Source of the DNA: Polyangiaceae bacterium
GTDB taxonomy: Bacteria; Myxococcota_A; Polyangia; Polyangiales; Polyangiaceae
DNA length: 47,529 bases
Direction: 5' to 3'
Assembly: GCA_050287085.1 (NCBI GenBank)
Contig: JBNKBE010000033.1
Coordinates: 1 to 47,529, forward strand
In this document: piece after piece, positions 1-9,223 of the stretch
Layout of the letters: each line of letters starts with the position of its first letter
Numbering within the stretch: position 1 is the first letter of the stretch
Notes under the pieces: model-generated
What the model saw: only the letters and a program-made list of their open reading frames with translations
Told to the model about the DNA's origin: nothing
Databases searched by the model: none
Program-made: the position numbers and the translations under genes

Positions 1-263
1 CCGTCATCACGATGGTCAGCGAGGTGGGTAACCCCTCTCACGACCGCAACGGCGCTTCGGCCCTCATCATTGGCGGCTCCAAGCTGGGGATGAAGCCCGG
101 CGGATTCCAGCAATTCGACGATCGAGCCGGTGTGCATCACAACAGCATTTGGCTGACGGCAGCGCAGCCCTTCCTGGGCGCGGATCCGGTGTCCAAGCTG
201 CAGGACGAGGTGTTCAACAAGAACGGCGCCGCTCCCGTCGACGGAGTTTGGGGTCCGGTCTAA
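1..263 (+). CDS. C-terminal fragment of a DUF1552 (HXXSHH)-like protein, 5' truncated by the window
   Basis: Frame is open from the window start (VITMVSEVGNPSHD...IIGGSKLGMKPG...HNSIWLT), matching the SE-G...H...GG...K-x-G...HN tail typical of DUF1552 proteins; followed by a terminator. Confidence 0.6.
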   Translation, partial: VITMVSEVGNPSHDRNGASALIIGGSKLGMKPGGFQQFDDRAGVHHNSIWLTAAQPFLGADPVSKLQDEVFNKNGAAPVDGVWGPV

Positions 264-283
264 GGGAACAACCAACAGGAGAG

Positions 284-326
284 GCAAGACGGCCGCGCGG
301 TTATCGCGTGGCCGTTTTGCTTTTTT
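284..326 (+). terminator. Rho-independent terminator
   Basis: Stem GCAAGACGGCCGCG / CGTGGCCGTTTTGC (with G-U pairs) followed by TTTTTT, about 20 nt after the stop at 263. Confidence 0.8.
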
Positions 327-405
327 GGCGTCATGCCCGGAAACGCGGCTGCGCAGCGCTATGTGAAACGGGGGCGCGGCTCTCGGCCGGCGGGGATGGG
401 GCTGA

Positions 406-1296
406 CTATCCGTTGCGCTTGAGTACCATCGCGTACACGAGAAAGCGGATCCCCGGTCCGTTCTGCCACAACCAGGCTGCGATCGGCGGTCCCAGGACAC
501 TGTTGCGTCCCAGCAGCGGATCCTGCTGGTGTAGCATGTGAAAGAGACCGGGGCGGGCGGTGTAGATCATTTGCTCCGCGCTGATCATTTGACCGAGGAG
601 TCGCAGCATGTCGGCGTCGGGCGGCACTTCGTCCAAGGCCGGATAGCTTTGATTGGACAAGACGTCCGTGATCAAGACGGCGCGGCCTCCAGGCTCGAGC
701 AGCTCGTAGAGGGTATGCAGGTGCGTTGCGGTCAGAATGTGGCGCAGCGCGTCGAAAAGGCGGTGTTGTTCTCCGAGAGCCTGGAGCACGGAGAGCTGCA
801 TTTGCGTAATGAAAGAGCCCGACACCACAACGTCGTAGCGTCCAAGCTCCTTGGCGATGCGCAGAGCCGTTGTGCGATGGTGCTCTACAAGTTCGCTCTC
901 GGTCAGCTCGAGACGCGCCCAGCGCTCGAGCTTGTCGAGCATACCCGACAGATCGAGCGGAGCATGAGGTACAAACTGAGCGCGCGTGGCTCGGGGTTGC
1001 CGCTTTATGGCGTCGGCTACGGCCTTCCGATCGATGTCAACGAGGTGAACTTCCGAGAAACGTTGCGCCAGAGCCGGTAGGTCCAGGTCGTGGCAGTTTC
1101 CGGCGCCGAGCATGCAAATGCGTTGCGTTGGTTTTGAACCGGCCCGGAGTGGCTCGGCTTGGGCGATGGCGAGCTCCGTGGTTCGCTGCCGGTGGACCCG
1201 GTAGGAGTCGCGTAGGGAGCGGGTGCTCTTGTTGGTCTCGCACAGCTCTTCTACGAAGCGGTTCTTGTGGCTGTTCGTTGTCACAGGGGACTTCAA
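406..1296 (-). CDS. Class I SAM-dependent methyltransferase-like protein, substrate unknown
   Basis: Motif I-like ICMLGAGNCHDL, acidic VHLVDID, and later YDVVVS and LLEPGGRAVLITD segments. Confidence 0.6.
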   Translation of the reverse strand: MKSPVTTNSHKNRFVEELCETNKSTRSLRDSYRVHRQRTTELAIAQAEPLRAGSKPTQRICMLGAGNCHDLDLPALAQRFSEVHLVDIDRKAVADAIKRQPRATRAQFVPHAPLDLSGMLDKLERWARLELTESELVEHHRTTALRIAKELGRYDVVVSGSFITQMQLSVLQALGEQHRLFDALRHILTATHLHTLYELLEPGGRAVLITDVLSNQSYPALDEVPPDADMLRLLGQMISAEQMIYTARPGLFHMLHQQDPLLGRNSVLGPPIAAWLWQNGPGIRFLVYAMVLKRNG

Positions 1297-1664
1297 CGCT
1301 GCGAGAACGAACTCGTCGAGTCAACCACAGATCGTGGGTCGGTGACGACTCGGCGCCGCGGCCAGATGCCCCGTTCTCGGCGCCAAGGAGGCTGGTTTCC
1401 ATCATCAGCAAGGCGGTGCTGCAACCGGCCCCCCAGAACCGAACCCCCTCCCACGGGCCGAACCCCAATCCGCGGGCAGCGAGCAAGCTCGCTCACCCCT
1501 CCTCCGCTCAAAGCTTCGTTGGAGGGTGCCGCCCTTGCGAGCATGCCGAGCGTTTCAGAGCGGGAAGGATGCACTTTTGGCGGAAGTATGAACCTCAGAG
1601 CGGCGTTTTTGCGTGCCCCCTTTGCCAGGTGACTGTCAGTCGGGCATCAATAGCTGAGCTCAAT

Positions 1665-2825
1665 ATGTCCTACAGAAGTGCCTTCTTTGGTTCCATTCCG
1701 TTCCTGCTTGTTCTCGCTTGTGGAGGGGATGCAGCGACTCCCCCTGCTGCATCGTCTGTGGCGGGTTCGTCCGGGATGCCCGCTGGGGTCGGAGGCGCTG
1801 ACGCGCAAGGGGGCGCTCCAACGGCGGGCGGAGGGGTTGCGGGCGAAGCTCCCTTGGCCGGCGGTGGTGGGGCTTCGCTACCGACGGTGGGCGGTGCACC
1901 CGGGAGTGAAGCCGGCGCTGGCACTGGCGGTACCGAGAGTGAGGCCACGGCGGGGGCCGGCGGCGATATGTCTGCGGGGGCTGCGGGGGCGGAGAGCGAG
2001 GCAGGCGGGGCACCGACTGCCGATGACGACGCGCCCGCCGGTACTCCGAGCCCGGGGTGTGAAAAAGGGGGCGCTCGACCCGACGGCGGCAAGGTCTACG
2101 TGGCGAACAAGTCCTGGTTGATCTTCCCGGAGGGCTACGATGGCAAAACGCCGATGCCCGTTCTATTCGGCTTTCACGGTTGTAGTTCCGCAAACTTCGG
2201 CGACGCCAATAGAACCGAATATTGGGATCTCACGCGTGGCAACGCCTTCGAAACGGACTACGTCGTCGCCGTGCCGTTGTCTGGAGACCCAGGGGGCGGA
2301 TGCTGGAGCTATCAGCGCGACATTGGCGGGGTATTGGCGCTCTACGATGACCTTGTCGAGAACTACTGCGTGGACATGGATCGTGTATTTGCCACCGCCC
2401 ATAGCTCGGGGGCGCAGTTTCTTGTTGAAGTGTTGAGCCAAGGCCATCGAGCGGACGCTGAGCATCTCAACTTCAAGGGCATGGCACCGGTGGCGGCGTC
2501 TCCGATAAGAGATCATACGACGCCGGTGGCCGTCATGTACGTTCAGGGCCAAATGGACAACCAGCGTGGAAACAGCGACGGCAAGCCCGTGGTTGACGGA
2601 TATGTTGCCGCCAATGGCTGCAGTACGTCGTCCGTGCCGTACGAAGTGGAGGGCTGCGCGAGCGAGGATGGAGGAAGAGACGTTGATCCGGGTTGTATCG
2701 AATACGATGGCTGTTCCGTGCCAACCGTGTGGTGTTCCCACAACGATCCGAACTACAGCGGCACCCAACATGGGGTCCCTTGTTTCGCCGCCTACGCGAT
2801 GGACGACTTCTTCAAGAGTCTCTAG
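1665..2825 (+). CDS. Lipoprotein alpha/beta-hydrolase (CE1 feruloyl/acetyl esterase or PHB-depolymerase-like)
   Basis: Start moved to ATG 1665 (MSYRSAFFGSIPFLLVLA-C lipobox); Gly/Ala linker; PSPGC...P-x-GYDGKTPMPVLFGFHG; nucleophile elbow AHSSG; candidate Asp (QMD) and His (QHG). Confidence 0.75.
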   Translation: MSYRSAFFGSIPFLLVLACGGDAATPPAASSVAGSSGMPAGVGGADAQGGAPTAGGGVAGEAPLAGGGGASLPTVGGAPGSEAGAGTGGTESEATAGAGGDMSAGAAGAESEAGGAPTADDDAPAGTPSPGCEKGGARPDGGKVYVANKSWLIFPEGYDGKTPMPVLFGFHGCSSANFGDANRTEYWDLTRGNAFETDYVVAVPLSGDPGGGCWSYQRDIGGVLALYDDLVENYCVDMDRVFATAHSSGAQFLVEVLSQGHRADAEHLNFKGMAPVAASPIRDHTTPVAVMYVQGQMDNQRGNSDGKPVVDGYVAANGCSTSSVPYEVEGCASEDGGRDVDPGCIEYDGCSVPTVWCSHNDPNYSGTQHGVPCFAAYAMDDFFKSL

Positions 2826-2861
2826 AGTCTTGAGACAGAGCCCAAGGGTCGGGCTTGGTGT

Positions 2862-2945
2862 GCCCGGCTCTGTCCGCCCGGCTCTGTCCGCCCGGCTCTG
2901 TCCGCCCGGCTCTGTCCGCCCGGCTCTGTCCGCCCGGCTCTGTCC
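2862..2945. repeat. Perfect tandem repeat, 6 x 14 bp (GCCCGGCTCTGTCC)
   Basis: Read directly; lies between the convergent esterase and galK stops; partial inverted copy GACAGAGCC at about 2834-2842. Confidence 0.95.
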
Positions 2946-2998
2946 GCTCAGGTAGCCTCTCTGAGCGGCCCGAGCTGACCGGGGGCGCCGGCGGCGGT

Positions 2999-4171
2999 CT
3001 ACAGTAGCTGTCGCGCGCCGTCGCCTACCTGCGCGCTATACGCCTGTGGCGGCGCAAACCCTCGAACGGCAAAGGCCTTCGAGATTGCGGCGGCCACGCG
3101 CTCGCCGTCGCCGGCACGCACGAGAGCCAGCACCGAACCTCCGAAGCCTCCGCCGACCATTCGCGCCCCCAGGGCTCCCGACGCCAACGCTACCTCTTGA
3201 GCGGTGTCCAGTTCCGGCACCGTTACCTCGAAGTCGTCGCGCAGGGAATTGTGGGAGGCGCTAAGCAGCGGGCCCAGCGAATCAGGATGACCGCTTCGCA
3301 GCAGGTCAGCGGCTTGTAGCACGCGGGCATTTTCCGCAACCACGTGTCGAGCCCGTCTGTAGGTGCGTGGGTCAAGCTTGCCCTGATTGGCTTCCAGCAC
3401 AGCTTCGCTTGCGTCGCGAAGAGCCTTGAGCCCCAGTTTGGCAGCTGCGAGCTCACAGGCTTGCCGCCGCTCGGCGTAGGCTCCGTCCTTCAGTTGATGG
3501 GGCGCTCGAGTGTCCACTACGAGCAGCTCCAGGTTGGATTCACTGAGGCACACGGGGATGAGCTCGCTTTCGTGAGAGCGGCAGTCCAGGAAGAGCGCGT
3601 GCTCAGCCCGACCGCACATCGAGATCATCTGATCCATGATCCCGCACGGCATTCCCACGAACTCGAATTCGGCCTTGTGAGCAAGCATTGCGAGCTGCTG
3701 TGGGGACCCCACTCTACCCAGTAGCGTTGTTGCTGCGAGCACTGTGGCGCATTCAACCGCCGCGCTGGACGACAGTCCCGCTCCGACGGGGACAGCGCTG
3801 CTCAGTAGGATATCGGCGCCGCCGGCTTTCTCCGCGGTGTACCCGGCCGCCCACAGAGCGCCGGCTACGTAGGAGGACCAACCTTCAACTTGCCGGGGCA
3901 TGAGTTCGGACGGGTTGATTTCAACGTAACCCAGCTCGTCGGACCAAATACGCAATCCGCCGGAGGTGCCGAAGCGGGCGGCGACCAGCGCCTGTTGCTC
4001 GATCGCGACCGGGAGCACGAAGCCGTCATTGTAGTCAGTGTGCTCGCCGATCAGGTTGACGCGCCCGGGCGCGGCGAACACGCCGGCAGGCGAGCTGCCC
4101 GTGAGTTGCTCGAACCGGCCCGCTAAGTCTCGTGCCCGCTGCTGCCCGTCGTCTGCGTCTGATACGCCCAT
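2999..4171 (-). CDS. galK: Galactokinase
   Basis: APGRVNLIGEHTDYN signature, GHMP ATP loop PVGAGLSSSAA, CGIMDQ, GARMVGGGFGG; ATG 4171 with AGGAG RBS. Confidence 0.96.
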   Translation of the reverse strand: MGVSDADDGQQRARDLAGRFEQLTGSSPAGVFAAPGRVNLIGEHTDYNDGFVLPVAIEQQALVAARFGTSGGLRIWSDELGYVEINPSELMPRQVEGWSSYVAGALWAAGYTAEKAGGADILLSSAVPVGAGLSSSAAVECATVLAATTLLGRVGSPQQLAMLAHKAEFEFVGMPCGIMDQMISMCGRAEHALFLDCRSHESELIPVCLSESNLELLVVDTRAPHQLKDGAYAERRQACELAAAKLGLKALRDASEAVLEANQGKLDPRTYRRARHVVAENARVLQAADLLRSGHPDSLGPLLSASHNSLRDDFEVTVPELDTAQEVALASGALGARMVGGGFGGSVLALVRAGDGERVAAAISKAFAVRGFAPPQAYSAQVGDGARQLL

Positions 4172-4422
4172 GGTCGGCTCTCCTAGCGCGAAGCTCGGCG
4201 CAAAGCAGCCCCATCGTTCGAGTCGACGATCGCAACTCAGCATATCCGCTGCTGGCTCACCGCGCGGCCGTTCAGGGCGCCGGCTTTCGTCCGTGTGGGG
4301 CGATTCCTACCGGGCAAGCGCAACCTCGCACGGGTGTGCTGCCATTAGCGGGGACCAATCGTGCCCAGAACCATCGCCAAGGCGTTGCCGGAGTGGCGGC
4401 TTCCTAGTAAGCCGTCGTCTGG

Positions 4423-4452
4423 CTTGTTTCGAGCCACCTTGTTTCGAGCCAC
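4423..4452. repeat. Direct repeat, 2 x 15 bp (CTTGTTTCGAGCCAC), in the galK/ytfQ divergent intergenic region
   Basis: Read directly; ends 15 nt before the ytfQ start. Confidence 0.85.
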
Positions 4453-4467
4453 CCTGGGAGACGGTAC

Positions 4468-5469
4468 ATGCACAAGACGAGTCCGATGAGAGCTTTCTGG
4501 TCGTTAACGATGCTTCTTCTAGCCGCGGTGCTCGCGTGCAGCTGTAGCCGACAGGAAAAACCGGGTGCAGAGGAAGGGCCAGAACCGACGGCCAAGAAGG
4601 ACAAGATCGTGGTCGGATTCTCGCAGACCGGCGCTGAAAGCTCTTGGCGTATCGCGCACACGGAGTCGATCAAGGCTGAAGCTGCCAAGCGCGGTATCGA
4701 GTTGGTATTTGCGGATGGTCAAAACGTCCACAACAACCAGATCAACGCTGTCAACGGCTTCATCACCCGAGGCGTAGACGTTATCGTCATCGCGCCGCAG
4801 GAGTCGATCGGCTGGAAGCCAACGCTGAAGGAGGCCAAGCGCGCTGGCATCCCGGTGATTCTGACCAGCCGCGGGGTGGACGCTGAGTCGGACCTGTATG
4901 CAACGGTGCTGGTCGCGGACTTCGTATGGGAAGGTCGAAAGGCGGGGGAATGGTTGATCAACAAGTCCGGCGGCAAGGCCCGTATCGTCGAGTTGGTGGG
5001 AACGCCTGCGGCTGACGTTGCACGCCTTCGCAAGCAGGGCTTCGAAGAGGCGATCAAGGGTCAAGCGGATATGAAGATCATTGCAAGTCAGAGCGGCGAC
5101 TTCACGCGCAGCAAGGGCAAGTCGGTGATGGAGGCCTTGCTCGAGGCGCATAAGGGCGAGATCGACGCCGTATACGCGCACAATGACGACATGGCCCTTG
5201 GGGCGATTCAGGCGATTGAAGCGGCGGGGCTAAAGCCCGGCAAAGACATTCTCGTAGTCTCTGTGGATGCCGTGAAGCCCGCTTTCGAAGCGATGGCGGA
5301 CGGCAAGCTGAACGCAACGGTGGAGTGTACGCCGCTGCACGGGCCGCTGCTCTTTGATACGATCGAAAAGGTCGTCGCCAAACAGCCCGTTCCCAAGGAA
5401 ACGATCGTACCTGGCCAGTTGTTCGAGCAGGGTCAGGCGAGCGCTTTGGTTGCGACGCGTCCCTACTGA
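4468..5469 (+). CDS. ytfQ: Sugar ABC transporter substrate-binding lipoprotein, YtfQ (galactofuranose/arabinose)-like
   Basis: VGFSQTGAESSWR, SQSGDFTR and AHNDDMALGAIQA motifs of YtfQ-type proteins; lipobox VLAC; GGAG RBS. Confidence 0.85.
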   Translation: MHKTSPMRAFWSLTMLLLAAVLACSCSRQEKPGAEEGPEPTAKKDKIVVGFSQTGAESSWRIAHTESIKAEAAKRGIELVFADGQNVHNNQINAVNGFITRGVDVIVIAPQESIGWKPTLKEAKRAGIPVILTSRGVDAESDLYATVLVADFVWEGRKAGEWLINKSGGKARIVELVGTPAADVARLRKQGFEEAIKGQADMKIIASQSGDFTRSKGKSVMEALLEAHKGEIDAVYAHNDDMALGAIQAIEAAGLKPGKDILVVSVDAVKPAFEAMADGKLNATVECTPLHGPLLFDTIEKVVAKQPVPKETIVPGQLFEQGQASALVATRPY

Positions 5470-5480
5470 AGGGTTCTGCA

Positions 5481-7058
5481 GTGGCGTTGTTGAAAGTCCA
5501 CGGCCTGTGCAAAGGCTTTGTGGGCGTGCGAGCTCTGGATGGGGTTTCCCTGTCCTTGCATGCGGGGGAGATTCACGCCCTGATGGGCGAGAATGGTGCC
5601 GGAAAGTCCACCTTGATCAAGGTGCTGACGGGCGTTTATCAGCCGGACGCGGGCAGCGTTGAGTTTGACGGCAACCCGATCGCGCCTCGCTCCCCGCGAG
5701 ACGCAGAGCGGCTTGGGATCAGCACCGTCTATCAAGAGATCAATCTGGTGCCGCAGCTTTCCGTGGCGGAGAACATCATGCTTGGGCGCCAGTCTCGCCG
5801 CTTTGGACTGATCGACTGGCGAGGCATGAAGCGGCAAGCGCATAGGGCTCTTGCCCGGGTTGGGGTTTCGCTCGATGTCGATAGCAGTGTTGGCGAGCTA
5901 CCGACGGCGATGCAGCAGCTGGTTGCCATTGCTAGGGCGTTGGTCGTTGACGCCAAGCTACTGATTCTCGACGAACCGACCTCCAGCCTGGACGACAAGG
6001 AGACGGAGTCGCTATTTGCCGTGATGCGGGAGCTCCGTGCCCAGGGCTTGAGCATCGCATTCGTGACCCATTTCTTGGATCAAGTGTACGCGGTTTCGGA
6101 TCGGATTACCGTGCTGCGCAATGGCAAGACCGTTGGGCAGTTTACGGCTGAGGAATGTCCGCGCCTCCGCTTGGTCGAAACAATGCTGGGACGCTCGGTC
6201 GGCGGGGGCGGGGTTGAAGCGGCCGTCCCTGCTGCCGCTGAGGAGTCGGGGGCGGACGAGGTCCTCGGCTTACGTGCAGCAACGCGTCGTGGTGTGGTTG
6301 GCCCCATCGATTTTTCCGTGAAGAAGGGTGATGTGGTGGGCCTCGCGGGGCTGCTGGGCTCCGGGCGCAGCGAGACTGCGCGAATGATCTTCGGCATTGA
6401 GCCCCCAGAGCAGGGCGAGATCTCTGTCGCTGGTCAGTCCGCGCGGCTGCGCACTCCGCGCGAGGCTATCTTTGCTGGACTTGCCTACTGCTCAGAGGAC
6501 CGCAAACGCGACGGCATTCTGGGCGATCTTTCGGTGCAGCAGAACATCATCGTTGCGCTGCAGGCATCCCGCGGCATCGCGAGTCGCTTGACCGGGGCTG
6601 AGCAGCGGGAGATAGCTGAGCGATACATTCGATCGCTCGCGATCAAGACACCGTCGGCGGACACTCCGGTACGCACGCTTTCGGGGGGCAACCAGCAGAA
6701 GGTTTTGCTCGCGCGTTGGCTTGCGATGCAACCCAAGGTCATCATTCTCGACGAGCCAACGCGCGGCATTGACGTCGGCGCCAAGGCGGAAATTGAGAAA
6801 GTCATAGCGGAGCTGCGCGAGCGCGGCCTTGGCGTTCTATTCATCTCGTCGGAACTTGAAGAGTTGACGCGCAACTGTACGCGCGTCGTGGTGCTTCGGG
6901 ACCGACGTCAGAGCGCCACATTGAGCGCAGGAGAGCTCACGCCTGACGAGATCATGCACGCCATTGCCCATCACCCCAGTGTAGGGCCCCGCGATCGGCA
7001 GGCGCCCGAGTTGATGAATGCCGGCGATAGCGCCGCGCACAATGAGGTGGCACCGTGA
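5481..7058 (+). CDS. ytfR: Sugar ABC transporter ATP-binding protein with two ABC domains, YtfR-like
   Basis: GENGAGKST Walker A, ILDEPT twice, LSGGNQQK signature; GTG start. Confidence 0.88.
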   Translation: MALLKVHGLCKGFVGVRALDGVSLSLHAGEIHALMGENGAGKSTLIKVLTGVYQPDAGSVEFDGNPIAPRSPRDAERLGISTVYQEINLVPQLSVAENIMLGRQSRRFGLIDWRGMKRQAHRALARVGVSLDVDSSVGELPTAMQQLVAIARALVVDAKLLILDEPTSSLDDKETESLFAVMRELRAQGLSIAFVTHFLDQVYAVSDRITVLRNGKTVGQFTAEECPRLRLVETMLGRSVGGGGVEAAVPAAAEESGADEVLGLRAATRRGVVGPIDFSVKKGDVVGLAGLLGSGRSETARMIFGIEPPEQGEISVAGQSARLRTPREAIFAGLAYCSEDRKRDGILGDLSVQQNIIVALQASRGIASRLTGAEQREIAERYIRSLAIKTPSADTPVRTLSGGNQQKVLLARWLAMQPKVIILDEPTRGIDVGAKAEIEKVIAELRERGLGVLFISSELEELTRNCTRVVVLRDRRQSATLSAGELTPDEIMHAIAHHPSVGPRDRQAPELMNAGDSAAHNEVAP

Positions 7059-8131
7059 GCACGGCTTTGGCCAGCAATTTTACCGTATTTGGCGTCAGCA
7101 CCTTGCTGTTTGCGTCGTTGGCAGCCGTGCTCTTGCTTCGCAGGGGACAGCGGGAGGCATGGCCACTGCTCGGGCTGCTAGCGCTGTTGTTCTTCAATTT
7201 CCTATTTTCTCGGAACTTCCTCTCGGTCGCGGCTCGCGATGGCGCGTTATTCGGCACGCCAGTGAACCTGCTCAACCAGAGCGCTGTGGTGATCTTGCTC
7301 GCCGTTGGCATGACCTTGGTCATCGCCGTGCGCGGCATCGACCTCAGCGTGGGCTCCGTCATGGCGCTTTCCGGGGCCATCGCGGTGATGTTGGTCAACG
7401 ATCCCGCCTATGGCTTCGGAGTGGCCGTGGCCGTGGCGCTGATCGCTGCGGCCGCGGTCGGGCTGGTCAACGGCGTCATGGTGGCATTTGTGGGCGTGCA
7501 GCCCATCATTGCTACGTTGATCACGATGGTAGGCGTCCGAGGACTTGCGCTCTTGGTCACTGATGCCAAGCCCGTAATGGTGCACAGCGAGACGTTTGTA
7601 GCGCTGGGTAGCGGCCACTTCCTGGGGCTTCCGGTCTCTGTCAGCCTGGTCGTTGTCGTCGTATTGCTGGCGTGGGCCGTTTGTCGGCGCACCGCTCTTG
7701 GCCTGTTCATTGAGGCCATCGGCAGCAACGAGGACGCAAGTCGTCTCGCTGGCGTTCCCGATCGGCGGATCAAGCTTGCCCTGTACACGTTCTGCGGCTT
7801 CTGCGCGGGCGTTGCGGGCCTGGTGGCGGCCGCCTACATAGCGACGGCCGATCCGGATCGAATCGGCCGTATGAAGGAGCTCGATGCCATCTTCGCAGCC
7901 GTGATTGGCGGGACGGTTCTGACCGGTGGACGCTTCTTCATCGGCGGCACTGTGCTCGGAGGCCTGCTCATCCAGACGCTTTCCGTCACTATGTACAATC
8001 AGCAAGTTCCCTCTGAAATCGAGCCGATGCCCAAGGCGATCGTCATCTTGCTCGTTTGCTTGCTCCTCTCGCCCGAGTCGCGTGCGCAACTCAAGGGGTG
8101 GCTGGCTCGAGCCCGGAGGCAGACGGCATGA
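7055..8131 (+). CDS. ytfT: Sugar ABC transporter permease, YtfT-like
   Basis: GMTLVI...GIDLSVG, QPIIATL and ELDAI motifs; GTGA overlap with ytfR. Confidence 0.8.
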   Translation: MSTALASNFTVFGVSTLLFASLAAVLLLRRGQREAWPLLGLLALLFFNFLFSRNFLSVAARDGALFGTPVNLLNQSAVVILLAVGMTLVIAVRGIDLSVGSVMALSGAIAVMLVNDPAYGFGVAVAVALIAAAAVGLVNGVMVAFVGVQPIIATLITMVGVRGLALLVTDAKPVMVHSETFVALGSGHFLGLPVSVSLVVVVVLLAWAVCRRTALGLFIEAIGSNEDASRLAGVPDRRIKLALYTFCGFCAGVAGLVAAAYIATADPDRIGRMKELDAIFAAVIGGTVLTGGRFFIGGTVLGGLLIQTLSVTMYNQQVPSEIEPMPKAIVILLVCLLLSPESRAQLKGWLARARRQTA

Positions 8132-9174
8132 CAAGCCATACAACGACTGACGCGAGCCGTGTCGCGCCTTCCAGCGCATCGTCGGCTCATCATCGACCTT
8201 GGATTCGTGCTCGGCACTGGCCGGTGCTAGCAACGGCGTGTCTGCTCGTGCTCTTGTACGGACTAGGCCTGGCCCAATACGAGCCCTTCGCCTCCCTGCG
8301 TTTTATCGTCGACCTATTCAAGGGCAACGCGGCGATGGGGATTTGCGCTGTGGGGATGACATTTGTGATCATCTCCGGCGGCATCGACCTCAGCGTGGGC
8401 TCCGTCATGGCCCTCGCGACGGTTGTCACGGCTACGGCCATGACCGCGGGCCTACCCCCCCTTGCGGCCATGTCGTTAGCCGTAGCGCTAGGAGCGATGG
8501 TGGGCGTCTTCAACGGGGTATGCATTTACGGCTTCAAGTTGCCGGCCTTCCTCGTCACGCTGGCGAGCATGTTTTTTGCGAGGGGGCTTGCGTTTGCCAT
8601 CAGTCCTGCTCCCGAGAGTATTCAAGACCCAGCGCTCGAGTGGTTGATGGATGAGCTCGGCGTTACCCTCGATCTTCCGGGCCTCGGCCGGGCATGGGTG
8701 CCGCCCACTGCTCTGATGCTGCTTGCGTCCGTGGTCGTTGCGGCCGTCGCGTCTCGTTGGACGGCGTTTGGTCGCAATGTATATGCCCTGGGAGGTAACC
8801 CGACGTCGGCGCTTTTGATGGGAGTGCCCGTCGGAATCACGACGCTCAAGATTTACGCGCTGAGTGGGGCGTGTGCAGGCATAGCGGGGGTCGCCACCGT
8901 TCTGACGGACAGTGCTGGCAAGCCCAATATCGGAGTAGGGCTCGAGCTGGAAGCCATCGCTGCGGTGGTGATTGGGGGAACGCTTTTAACCGGGGGCTCC
9001 GGCACCTTGAGCGGGACCCTCATGGGCGTCTTGGTGACTGGCATCGTGCGCTCGGTCATCATTTTTGACGGGCGCTTGTCGTCGCCATGGCAGGCGATCG
9101 CGATCGGGCTGCTGTTGCTCGTGTTCATCACTTTGCAGCGGGTGATGTCCTCGCGTCTTGCTACAAGTCGCTGA
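8128..9174 (+). CDS. yjfF: Sugar ABC transporter permease, YjfF-like
   Basis: GMTFVIISGGIDLSVG, FGRNVYALGGN and AIAAVVIGGTLLTGG motifs; ATGA overlap supports start 8128. Confidence 0.82.
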   Translation: MTSHTTTDASRVAPSSASSAHHRPWIRARHWPVLATACLLVLLYGLGLAQYEPFASLRFIVDLFKGNAAMGICAVGMTFVIISGGIDLSVGSVMALATVVTATAMTAGLPPLAAMSLAVALGAMVGVFNGVCIYGFKLPAFLVTLASMFFARGLAFAISPAPESIQDPALEWLMDELGVTLDLPGLGRAWVPPTALMLLASVVVAAVASRWTAFGRNVYALGGNPTSALLMGVPVGITTLKIYALSGACAGIAGVATVLTDSAGKPNIGVGLELEAIAAVVIGGTLLTGGSGTLSGTLMGVLVTGIVRSVIIFDGRLSSPWQAIAIGLLLLVFITLQRVMSSRLATSR

Positions 9175-9223
9175 GGTGGGGCCCCCACTGGCCCCGTAGC
9201 AGCTTGGCGCCGACCGCCTGCGT

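Noticed and set aside
870..1664. Long N-terminal extension of the 651-aa ORF (and similar extensions at 10928, 16118, 25684, 28776 and 45560)
   Set aside because: The extensions overlap other genes or read as low-information Arg/Pro/Ser sequence; downstream starts give proper signal peptides, lipoboxes or RBS.
2862..2945. CRISPR array
   Set aside because: The 14-bp units are contiguous, with no spacers and no cas genes.
7333..8411. 33-bp identical sequence shared by ytfT (7333-7365) and yjfF (8379-8411)
   Set aside because: It encodes the family-wide GIDLSVGSVMA motif in preferred GC-rich codons and needs no special mechanism.
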